Below are positions 1 to 10,324 of a DNA stretch of 64,000 bases, one piece after another. Position 1 is the first letter of the stretch; every line of letters starts with the position of its first letter. The translations under genes were made by a program, and so were the position numbers. Source of the stretch: Torpedo marmorata (lineage: Eukaryota); the NCBI GenBank assembly GCA_977017645.1, contig OZ360249.1, positions 35,092,001-35,156,000 on the forward strand, given 5' to 3'. The notes under the pieces are model-generated. The model was not told the DNA's origin and did no database searches. It saw nothing but the letters and a program-made list of their open reading frames with translations.

Positions 1-299
1 CAATAAATTCTGATATCATTTAAAACCATTAAATTACTTTTAATAGTTAACTTAAAAGGTTTTAAACACATGCTGATATAACACAAAATAATTTATAAAA
101 AGGAAGTTAACTTCCCTAATGCCTCCCAATCCAAAGCCTGCATTCCCCATAGTCCTCAGCAATTGTCCAGATTATATGGAATCTTAGTCAGATGGTTTCA
201 CCTCCGGGCTCCATGCAGAGATGGACAGACTGATAGATTTGGTCTTGCAAATTGTTAATGAATACGGGCAAATGCGTTTGCTCTTCTTCAAATCATGCT

Positions 300-470
300 T
301 TGGGAATTTTAATGCCCAACTGAAAAGGTGGTTTAGCATCCCACTTGAAAAACAGAAATGCTGATAGTGCTGTAGTCCTGCAAAATTTTGCAAGATTGTC
401 AATCTAGAATGTGGAGTTGAACTAGAATAAACTGACAAAAGCAAAAGAGCTATCTTTGAGCTCTGCCTGA
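300..470 (-). mobile_element. Very degenerate Deu-domain SINE-like remnant
   Basis: tttagcatcccacttgaaaaacag...gatagtgctgtagtcc loosely matches the reverse strand of the Deu-SINE core (TTTAACGTCTCATCCGAAAGAC...GACAGTGCAGCACTCC) as recalled. Boundaries are approximate. Confidence 0.3.
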
Positions 471-2034
471 TACTTTTCACTGATGTAACTTATCCTTGAC
501 TTCATCCCAAAAATGGCTTACAATAAATACGCATTAGAGTGAGAAGCAAGTCCACAGATATTTAACATCTTATTTTTTTTTATCATTTTTTATGCACATT
601 GAAACTTGTGTACTATACGTTTGATTTGCTTCTTCAAAGACTGGAGTGCAGTGCGCAGTACAGGAGACGGGAGTCAACCATTGAACAATGGTCTTGCACT
701 TGAAGCCCAGGTCATGAACAAGAATGTACCTTTTGCTGGGCTCCAAAATCTTTCCTTGCACTTGGCAGTGTTCAGGGTAAAGTAGGCAAGTCCGGTTCTT
801 TAGATGCAGGCTGAGCATTAGGAATAATGACCAGGCTGGAATTAGAAGGTCAATGCCTCGGTCAAGAAGTGGATGGAATCACAAGACCTCAACCACTGGG
901 GAGATATGGTCACTGTTAGAATGGAGGCAAGGGGGGGACAGGGTCATGAACACAGTGGGCTGTTTGGGATTTAAACTAAACCACTGTGTGTGGCAGCATT
1001 TTTTACTTAAAATCCACCTACCTGAAGCTGGTTCCTGCAGCTCTCCTTCCAAGCCAGTCCTCTTTAAGACCTAGAGAGGTCTTACATGGGTGCACCCAGA
1101 TCATTCACACTCATCAATTAAATTTATGGAAATTACACCCAGATTTGCACACCATTGAATGCCACAGCCTCCGTGTATTAGTGATTCAAGCACATGGCAG
1201 AACTAGGAGAAAAATATGATGTGTATTCTGAAGAAATTCTTTCGCAGAGTACAATGAGCCTTGTGCAATGCAATAGAACATCCAGCCCCATGCATGCATA
1301 TTCACACTCAATGTTCATCTTGAAATAATTACTAAATTTAGTTGTGCTTCCAGTTGAAAAACAGAGCCACCAGGTAAAATTATTTTGCTGATTGCATCTG
1401 AATGGGTGATAATGGCTCCCTTGCATGTAGACTGAACTACTACTTGTGTCTAATTCAATTTTTAATATAGCTAGCAGTGATAAAGGTGAGTAAAAGCACC
1501 ACTTAGCACCGCATTACATAATTTTTTCCACTTGAGTGTTGTATGATCTGTTATCAGCAACACCTTTTAATGATTACCACTGTGAAATATCATTGGAAAC
1601 CATGCAGAAAATTTAAAAACACCTTTTCTTCAGATGAAAAAAAAATCAGTGCAGATTTGGAAGTGATTGAAATCTTTGCACAAGAAAATACAAGTATTAT
1701 AACTTTTGGCAGTCTGAGGCTTTCATTTTCTCTTGTTCACTTTGCTCAAACTCTCAGTCTAATGCAAATGTAAACTTGAAATTGTTTCAAGATAATTTTG
1801 GCACAGCCTATCTCTCATGGCTAATAAAACTGTATTGGCATGTTTTAATATAATACAAGTATGATTAACTACTTGTTTAACCGACTAACTAACAGAAACA
1901 TTTAGCTAAGAGATTATTTTCAGTAAATATAATTATTAATTACTACATTAATTTAGGTAACTAACCTTTTGTGCGCACATTAATTTCCTTTGTGTGTTGG
2001 TTGCAAAACGTGTGTGCGCACACACGCGCACAGT

Positions 2035-2700
2035 TTAGAGGGAACAGTGAGCGTGGACCAACGACCATGCCTATCTGTACTTAACCCACTTGCCCGCATT
2101 AATTCAATATCCCTCTGCACCCTGCTCATTCATGTACCTGTCAAGGTGCCTCTTAAATATTGTTACTGTTCCTGCCTCCACCACCTCCTCTGGCAGTTCA
2201 CTCCAGATGCCAAATCTTTTTGTGTGATAAATGTAGCACTCTGATCTACATTAAACCTCCTCCCGCTCACCTTAAACCTATGCCATCTATCTTTAGACTC
2301 CTCTACCATGAGAAATAGACATTGGCTATCCACCCTATCTACGTCTCTCATTATGTTAAGTACCTCTACCACGTCACCTCTTAACATCCTTTGCTCCAGG
2401 AAAAACATATTAAGCCTGTTCATTCTCTCCTGACAACTCAAGCCCTTCAATCGAACCAATATCATTGTTAATCTTTTCTACACCCCTTCTAGCTTTATCA
2501 CATCCTTCCTTTGGTGTGGCAACCAGAACTGCATGCAATACTACAGTGTAGCCTAACCAATGTAATTACAGGACATCCCAACTCTTAAAGTCACGCTACA
2601 GCTGATGAAGGCCAGCATATAATATGTCTACCTTATCACCCAATTTAATCAGTGTTCCTGTTTTCAAGGAACTATGTACTTGCAACCCAAAGGCATTGTG
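2035..2700 (-). mobile_element. CR1-clade LINE, degenerate 3' fragment
   Basis: ORF 2163..2465 (LKGLSCQERMNRLNMFFLEQRMLRGDVVEV...HRFKV) matches the CR1 ORF2 C-terminus (L..LSY.ERL..LGLFSLE.RRLRGDLIEV). Upstream, gtattgcatgcagttctggttgcc (minus) encodes the YC.QFW.P motif. Confidence 0.85.
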
Positions 2701-2807
2701 GCACTCACGTTGACACAAGTTAAGATATGAGTAAGAGTGGAAAGAAGGATAGCATGATATGATAAATATATATGAATGAACATTATGCTGTCATCAAACA
2801 TACCATG

Positions 2808-2900
2808 TGAAATAAAAACAGAAAATGCTGTTAGTACTCACCAGATCAGAAACAGAAACAATTCATGTTTCAAGTCTGAAACCCTTCATCAGAACTGACA
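2808..2900 (-). mobile_element. Penelope-like element terminal fragment with minimal hammerhead-like core
   Basis: aaaacagaaaatgctg..tactca.cag.tcag terminus. The reverse complement of 2860-2896 reads AGTT-CTGATGA-AGGGTTTCAGACTT-GAAA-CATG-AATT. Confidence 0.65.
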
Positions 2901-3049
2901 TACAGGCCTGTTGCAAAGTAACAAGCAAGAATGGACAGGAACTTTGATTAAATTTAAGTATTAACCAATCAGCTGAATCGCCCCTCTCCATAGAATCAAA
3001 TGATTCACCTTTTCCAGCTATCTGCAGCACATTGCCAATTACCCCACCT

Positions 3050-3300
3050 ATTAGGTTGATAGTCTGAGATCATGCTTCAGAGGCAAGACCGTGTGTCCAT
3101 GACTAGTGAGGATCTCCCAGTGGCAACCCATTTCAATTCCATGTCCCATTCCCATGCCGACATGTCTGTCCATGGACCCGTTCACTGCCGGACTGTGGCA
3201 CCCGCAAATTGGAGGAACAACACCTCATCTTCCGTCTGGGCACCCTCCAACCAGATGTCATTAACATCGACTTCTCCAGTTTCCATTAGCCCTCCCCATC
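3050..3300 (+). mobile_element. Penelope-like element, GIY-YIG endonuclease C-terminal fragment
   Basis: Translates DLPVATHFNSMSHSHADMSVHG, then after a frameshift RKLEEQHLIFRLGTLQPDVINIDFS, the typical end of a vertebrate Penelope/Neptune ORF. Confidence 0.8.
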
Positions 3301-3834
3301 TCTCACATTACAAAGAGAGTGGAAAAGAATTAGATTGCTCATAAAAATGGTTAATCAGCTTGTCTCCAGAACTTTGAGATGACAATGCAGAAAAGCAAAC
3401 AAATTGCAGATTGGAACATAATTGTCAATATTCATTTCTGATTTACCATTAACAAATTTCCACTTTCATGCAAAAATAGAAAATTATTAATGCTAGCATA
3501 TACAGTACAAAGAGACAGCTATTCCATGGTAGTAGTCATAACATGGTTACAGTCCTAACCGGATTGAATTGACAATGCAGAGCAATGACTAATTTGAAGT
3601 GGTCCAACAAAATTAGTGACATAGAGGCACATTCACTGCAGAAAATTGATACTGAATAATTAGTCGGAACGTGGTAAGGTTGCCAGGGAAAACAAGAAGG
3701 TAAACATAAGCAGAACTGCCAGTATGACTAACCACAACAGCCCTTTCCAATTAGAAATTATCTCCTTATGATTGTATTATGTTTCTCATATTTAATATAT
3801 TGATAGTATTTCCTGTTTAGCACAGATATTGTGA

Positions 3835-4100
3835 TAGTGCAGTTAAGGAAGCAAACGAGTAATCCAGAGACTTGGATTTAAATTCCATCAGGATCACTTC
3901 AGAATTTAAATTCAGTTAGTATGTTGCAACAACAACTGGTGCTTATAATGATGGCCACAGACACTACTGGATTGTTGTAAACTAATATCCTAGTGAGGAA
4001 GAAACCTGCTATCCTTACCCAGATTGACCTCCATGTAATTCCATACTGCTCCCATGTGATTGAGTTACAAATAGCTCATGGCCCAACAAGCAATACAATT
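3835..4100 (+). mobile_element. Old chondrichthyan SINE-like remnant
   Basis: gtaatccagag...gaatttaaattcagtt...actactggattgttgtaa...aggaagaaacctgctatccttaccc resembles a common shark/ray repeat. The family name is uncertain. Confidence 0.45.
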
Positions 4101-4783
4101 TATGGCTGAGCAGAGAAAGAATAAAACTGGATATAGATTCCCAATTTGGACATAAGCAGTCACATCAAGCCCAGTTTGCTTTGCAAATCCCTGAGATCTA
4201 AATGAGGAGATGTGTCCCTTGCCCAGTGATGCAAAAGCCTGACATGTTCATGCTTGCAGGGTCTTACCTGATGGTCCATGTGCCGGTCTCCTCTATCAGA
4301 ACCTCTGGACACATTCTGTCACATCCTTAGAAGAGCACTGTTGACCATCAGTAGCAGCAGAAATGTATATCATCACAATGTTTAACCTGATGGCCCAGAA
4401 TTTTACTCACTACAGTATCACTAGCAAGGCAGGGGATCATGAAGAGTATGGAAGGGCAGCAGCAGGCGCACATAAAAATGCTGAGGTCACAGCCCAGTCA
4501 AAGTGCAGTGCAGGACTACATGCATACTCAACAGCAGAGACATTGTGCAATAGGCAAAGTGAAGTGACCTGGCAAGCAGAAATTCACATTAAAGATTGAC
4601 ATGTTTAACTGTGAATGGCGGTGTCCACACAAGGCTCCAAGAACACCCCACGTAACATCTGAGTGCTAAAGCCAATACTGAAGCATTTGTAACTAGATTC
4701 AGTCAGAATTGCTGAATCCATCTTGTCTTCTCTCTGAACTCCTCACCATCAGAATAGACATTCATCAGCCAGTTTAATTTTCT

Positions 4784-5122
4784 CATTCCACCTTAAGCAA
4801 TCCCTATGCCATAAGTGCTCTGTGATTAGTAAGGGATTGCTTAAGGTGGTATGTGAGTGGAAAGAACAAGTTTGAAAACCACTGTTTTAATCGTACCCAA
4901 TTGACTCGTTATGTGCACGGTTTCATAACTCCAAAGGAAATGGGCCAATGACAATTTTTCTCAAGCAAAATATTTCAGTAACAATTGGGTCTAGTGGTTC
5001 TCAACCTTCCCTTCCCACTCACATACCACCTTAAGAAATCCCTTACTAATCACAGAGCACTTATGGCATAGGGATTTCTTAAGGTGGAATGTGAGTTTAG
5101 GGGGGCAGTTTGAAAACCACTG
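4784..5122. mobile_element. Composite hAT-type MITE: two palindromic units in inverted orientation
   Basis: 4784-4883 is the near-perfect reverse complement of 4993-5091. The ends read gaaaaccactg (TIR CAGTGGTT), and the right end is followed by ctctagag, a hAT/Charlie-type target octamer. Same family as 20277-20438. Confidence 0.8.
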
Positions 5123-5292
5123 CTCTAGAGCAAAGGCCTTGACATGGAAAGTAGCCCAGTGGTAGTATTGTGCTCCAGAACTACCAGCTGTATCTCCAAC
5201 CAAGTTATTAAGTAGTTTCAACAGTGGCATTTAAACAACTGTGTTCTTGTTCACAAAAGAAAGCATAGAAAATCCTATTGGCTAATTACCAC

Positions 5293-5646
5293 ATTTTACT
5301 CCATTCTACTGCAATAATCTGTGAAATCTCTTCGTGGGATGCCTACCCTGAAGAAGTTCTGCTCTGCTCACACCTTAATGAAGGGCTCAAGCCCGAACCG
5401 TTGGTTCTATAAAGTACGCAGTTTGACCTGCTGAGTTTCTCCAGCATTGTGTTACTTCAATCACGGTGTCTGCAGACTTTTGTGTTTTACTACATTCTAC
5501 TGCAATAATCTGTGAAATCTCTTCGAGGGATGCCTACCCTGGAGAAGTTCTCCTCCGCTCATACCTTAATGAAGGGCTCAAGCCCGAACCGTTGGTTCTA
5601 TAAAGTATGCAGTTTGACCTGCTGAGTTTCTCCAATATTGTGTTAC
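5293..5646 (+). mobile_element. Tandem 191-nt Penelope-terminus/retrozyme-like insertion with degenerate hammerhead motifs
   Basis: Direct repeat with period 191 (ttttact at 5294 and 5485), about 1.85 copies. Flanked by tggctaatt(a/g)ccac at 5279-5292 and 5647-5660. Each copy contains acc-ttaatga-a-gggc-tcaa-gccc-gaac-cg-tt-ggt. Confidence 0.8.
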
Positions 5647-5660
5647 TGGCTAATTGCCAC

Positions 5661-7220
5661 CAATCATTTGTCTCTGAATCATCAGCAAAACAATGGAGCA
5701 TACGATCAGTGATCAGGCAGCACTTACTCAACTGCAGCTTGCATACCAATGCCCAGTTTGGGTTTGCCAAGGTCACTTGTCTCCAGATCTCATGACAGCC
5801 CCAGTCTAAACCTAGACCAAAGAGCATAATTCCAAAGGTGAGGTGACAATGACTGCTCTTGACATCAGAGAACTTTTGACGAAATGCAACTTATTAGGAG
5901 ACCCAAGTGAAACTGCAGTCAATGGGCATCTGAGAAAAACACTCCAATGGGTGAAGTCATACCTTGAACAAAGGAAGATGAATGTGGTTGTGCCAGTGCC
6001 AGAATATCACTATATGATTCCTCAGGGCAGCATCCTTAAGGCCCACCATATTCCGTTGCTTTATAAATGACCTGCCTGCCATGGTAATATCAGAATTGGG
6101 TTGGTTCGCCGATGATTGCATAATGTTCAATTCCATTCAACTATTCAGCAAATGAAGCAGTCTATGCCTACATGCATGAAGGCCCAGAAAATATTCAGGC
6201 AGGAACAGATAAGTGGTAAATAATACTATTGGCCAAGAGTGGCAAGTAATGACCATAACCAACAACAAAAGAGATGTCTACTCACCTACCCTTGACTTTC
6301 TATGACTTTACCATCACAGAGTCGGGGCGGCACGGTTGGCGTAGCGGTTAGTGCAATGCCTTTACAGTGCCAGCAATCGGGACCAGGGTTTGAATCACGC
6401 GCTGTCTGTAAGGAGTTTGTACGTTCTCCCTGTGTCTGCGTGGGTTTTCCCCGGGGGCTCCGGTTTCCTCCCACCGTTCGAAACGTACCGAGGGCGTAGG
6501 TTAATTGGGTGTAAATTGGGCAGCACGGACTCGTGGGCTGAAATGGCCTGTTACTGTGCTGTATGCCTAAATTTAAAAAAAATTAAAAGAGTCCACCAGC
6601 TCAAACAGCCCATGGGTTACTGTTCATCAGGAACTCACCTAGACTAACCATTTAAGGACCAAAATTATAGGAGCAGGTCAGAGGCTGGGGACCCTGTGGC
6701 AAATGATTCACTTCTTGATACCCAAAATCTTTCCACTCTCTACAAAGTATAAGAGAGGAGTGTAGGGGAAGACTCTCCACCTGCCTGGATGTTTACAGTT
6801 CCAATGACTCTCATAAACTCATCACCGCATGAGACAAACATTTTGACTGGCATTACATGTGTCATCCGAAGCATGCATTTCCTGCATTACTCCCAGCATG
6901 TGCCATCTTCAAAGTGTATAGCAATTTCAGACCAAGGCTACTCCAACAGAACACACCAAATCAGTGATGAAACCCACTTAAATACATCAAGGGCAGCGGC
7001 TGCTTCGGAAAAACAGCACTTGCAGGTAACACATCATTCTGACTTGGAAATATATCATCATCATTGTGTCTAAATCCCAAACTCCTTCTTCAACGGCACT
7101 GTGGAAGCCCTTTGACTAAAGGAACTGCAACAATTCAAGAAGGCAGCTCACCATCACTTTCTGAAGGAATGGGAAATAAATGCTGGCTGTGCCGGTGAAC
7201 GCCCATATCCTGAAAATAAA
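5661..7220 (+). mobile_element. Old CR1/L2-like LINE 3' part, interrupted by a SINE
   Basis: RT remnants (AQFGF, LQWVKSYL..RKM.VVV, PQGSIL, FINDLP, FADDC) with many frameshifts. The 3' tail reads ttcaagaaggcagctcaccatcac...aataaatgctggc...gcccatatcc. Confidence 0.75.
6324..6587 (+). mobile_element. tRNA-derived V-SINE (HE1-like), full length
   Basis: A-box tggcgtagcgg, B-box ggtttgaatc, V-domain ggagtttgtacgttctccctgtgtctgcgtgggtttt, CR1-like tail gggctgaaatggcctg and an A-rich end. TSD agagtc at 6318-6323 and 6588-6593. Confidence 0.9.
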
Positions 7221-8124
7221 GAAACATACATAAAATAATTGGCACGTCAATCTGTTGAATGAAATCACACCTAAGAATCAGGTTTATCTAATCCACGTAA
7301 ATTAATCCAATCATGGGAGCCATTTAAGGCACAAAAATAGCAATAGTTTTAATGTGATACATTAATTTGCAGCGGTTGTGTTATGTCACAATCATTGTGA
7401 GATCTTATGATAAAATTATGGAAATAAAATTGATTTTTTTTCCAATAAAGGACAGAAAGGATGCTGTAACTGACAGCAATTGACATCTCTCCTGAGTTCC
7501 AGGTGCCTAATATATTTTTAAAGGTGGGAAACAATAATATCTAATGAGCATTCATTGTGATTGAAAACTGTTGAAGTAGCTTTCTATTGTTTGCTGACAT
7601 TGAAATGTATCATTTATGTGCAAGCATGTTTTTCTATATAAAAAAGAGTATTCATTTGCTTTTATATGGCCCCATCCTTTAAAAAATGCCTAAATTGCAG
7701 CTCTTTCCTTTCTTCCCAATTAACCAATGTTAGCAGGCAAATATCATCACATTGGAGACTTTCTGCTTTCTCATAAACTAAACATAAGAAAAACAGATAT
7801 CCCATTAAAATCTATTACTTTACATCTGTGGAATCCATGGAAAGGCATAACCAGTCAGGCTTCACTTCTAAATATGCAGCTAGGCCATGATTCCGATTTA
7901 ATTTGTTACTCCTGAATGATCTGGACAATACAGGGCAATACTTTTATCATTTACACTACCCCTTCTCACTGCAGAAGTACATACGTGTTCCTCAAATTTG
8001 CCGGTCCTTCCCACTTTCCCACATGCTCTGTGTATTTCTCTGCAGTTTAAAGCACTTTGTAAACAGTCACAGGTACCATTGTGTGCAAAAGCTCAAGAAT
8101 GAGCTCAAGTCATCCAGTTTCGAA

Positions 8125-8223
8125 ATTTAAAAATGTTGGCAGATTGGCCGCGATACACCAACAGATGTACTGTAATGGAGATATCAAAGGAATCCAAATT
8201 TTGTTTCAAACTGCACAGTAAAT
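8125..8223 (+). repeat. Left copy of ~98-bp direct repeat flanking the Rex1/Babar LINE
   Basis: Matches 10196-10293 with 4 substitutions and a 1-nt A-run difference. Confidence 0.92.
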
Positions 8224-10195
8224 CAGAATCAGAATCAGAATTTATTGTCATGAACAAGTCATGAAATTCGGTGTTTTGTGGCAGCATCATAGTGTAAACA
8301 TACATATTATAACCATCTTACGACATTACTATAAAAAACAAAATAAATAATAATGCACGAAAAGTAAGGCAGTGTCTTTGGTTCATTGATTATTCAGGAA
8401 TCTGATGGCAGCGGGGAAGAAGCTGTCCTTGTGCCATTGAGTGCTCGTCTTTAGGCTCTTGTACCTTTTTCCTGATGGTAGCAGAGTGAAGAGGGCATGG
8501 CCTGGGTGGTGGGGGTCTTTGAGGATAGAGGCTGCTTTTTTAAGACACCGCCTCATGTAGATGTTCTTGATGGAGTGAAGTTTGGTGCCTGTGATGTCAC
8601 AGGCCGAGTTAACAACCCTCTGGAGTTTACTCTTGTCCTGAGAGTTGAAGCCTCCATACCAGGCAGTGATGCAACCAGCCAGAATGCACTCCACGGTACA
8701 CCTGTAGAAGCTTACGAGAGTCTTTGATGACATACCGAATCTCCTCAGACACCTCACAAAGTATAGCCGCTGGCGAGCCTTCTTTGTGATTGTATCAATG
8801 TGGAAGCTCCAGGACAGATCCTCGGAGATGCTGACATCCAGGAATTTGAAGTTCTTGACCCTCTCCACTACTGAGCCCTCGATGAGGACTGGGTCATGTT
8901 CCCCTGACTTCCTCTTGAAGTCCACAATCATCTCCTTGGTTTTGCTGACGTTGAGCGCAAGTTTGTTGTCGTTACACGATTCAACGAGCTGATCTATCTC
9001 TCTCCTCTATGCTTCCTCATTGCTGTTTGTGATTCTGCCGACAACTGTGGTGTCATCGGCAAACTTGTAGATGGCATTGGAATTGTGCCTGGCCACACAG
9101 TCATGGGTGTATAACGAGTAGAGCAAAGGGCTAAACACGCATCCTTGGGGTGCGCCTGTGTTGATAATCAGTGAGGAGGAGACGTTGTTTCCAATTCGTA
9201 CTGACTGTGATCTTCCGATGAGAAAGTCAAGGATCCAGTTGCAGAGGGGGGTACAGAGGCATAGAGTTTGTAGCTTCTTGACCAACACTGAGGGAATAAT
9301 GGTATTGAAGGCCGAGCTGCAGTCGATGAAGAACAGCCGTATGTATGAATTGCTGTTTTCGAGGTGATCCAGAGCTGAGTGGAGAGCCAGCGATATTGCA
9401 TCTGCTGTGGAGCGATTGTGATGATAGGCAAATTGCAGTGGGTCCAGATCTTTGCTTAGGTACGTGTTAATTCTGGCCATGACCAGCCTCTCAAAGCATT
9501 TCATCACAGTAGAAGTTAGTGCTGCTGGGCGGTAGTCGTTTTGGCAGCTCACACTACTGTTCTTGGGTACCGGGATGATTGATGCCCTTTTGAAGCAGGT
9601 GGGAACCTCTGACTGCCGCAATGAAAGGTTGAAAATGTCCGTGAACACTCCAGCTAGTTGCTTGGCGCAGATTTTCAGTACCCTGCCAGGTACGCCGTCA
9701 GGGCCTGACGCCTTGCGAGGGTTCACCCTCTTGAATGATGTTCTGACATCGCCCTCAAAGACAGATATCACAGGGTCCTCAGCCTTTTCAGGGATTCTAG
9801 TAGGCACTGTTTTGTTCTTCTTCTCAAAGCGGGCATAGAAGGTGTTCAGCTCATCGGGTAGTGAAGCATCACAACCATCTATAGTTCGCCCTCGCTTTGT
9901 AGGCTGTAATGACCTGCACTCCCTGCCATAGCTGGCGTGTATCTGTCTCTGTCTCTAGCTTCCCCCGGAATTGCCACTTTGCTTCACAGATCGTGCCTGG
10001 ACTTCTTGTAAAGATCCTGTCCTCGGCCTTAAACACCCTGGTTCTCGTCCTCAGCAGGTTGCGAATTCTCTGATTCATCCAGGGCTTCTGGTTGGGGAAC
10101 ACCCGGTATTTGCACGTGGGCACACACTCATCCACGCAGGTCTTAATGAAGTCAGTGACACCTGCTGCATATTCATTCAGGTCTATGGATGAGAT
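8224..10195 (-). mobile_element. Rex1/Babar-clade LINE, 5'-truncated and frameshifted
   Basis: ORFs 9007..9807 (RT: [42 protein letters not shown]) and 8383..8931 (KKARQRLYF.R.LRRFG, DPHHPGHALF). NQKPW motif upstream. The 3' tail is (GATTCT)n, read as aatcag repeats at 8221-8240. Confidence 0.9.
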
Positions 10196-10293
10196 ATTTA
10201 AAATGTTGGCAGATTGGCCGCGATACACCAACAGATGTACTGTAATAGAGATATCAAAGGAATACAAATTTTGTTTCAGACTACACAGTAAAT
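10196..10293 (+). repeat. Right copy of ~98-bp direct repeat flanking the Rex1/Babar LINE
   Basis: atttaaaatgttggcagattggccgcgatacacc...acagtaaat duplicates 8125-8223. Confidence 0.92.
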
Positions 10294-10324
10294 GTCCATT
10301 ACCAATCGGTCCTTCAATTCTTTG

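Noticed and set aside
5322-5360. Second hammerhead (GAAA...hairpin...CTGAAGA) inside the 191-nt unit
   Set aside because: The cleavage position would be G, no stem I or stem II can be formed, and copy 2 reads CTGGAGA.
5294-5646. Direct repeats as a CRISPR array
   Set aside because: There are only two long units with no unique spacers and no cas genes, and the context is vertebrate.
6324-6410. tRNA gene
   Set aside because: The A and B boxes belong to a SINE head that continues into a V-domain and a LINE-derived tail. No complete cloverleaf is evident.
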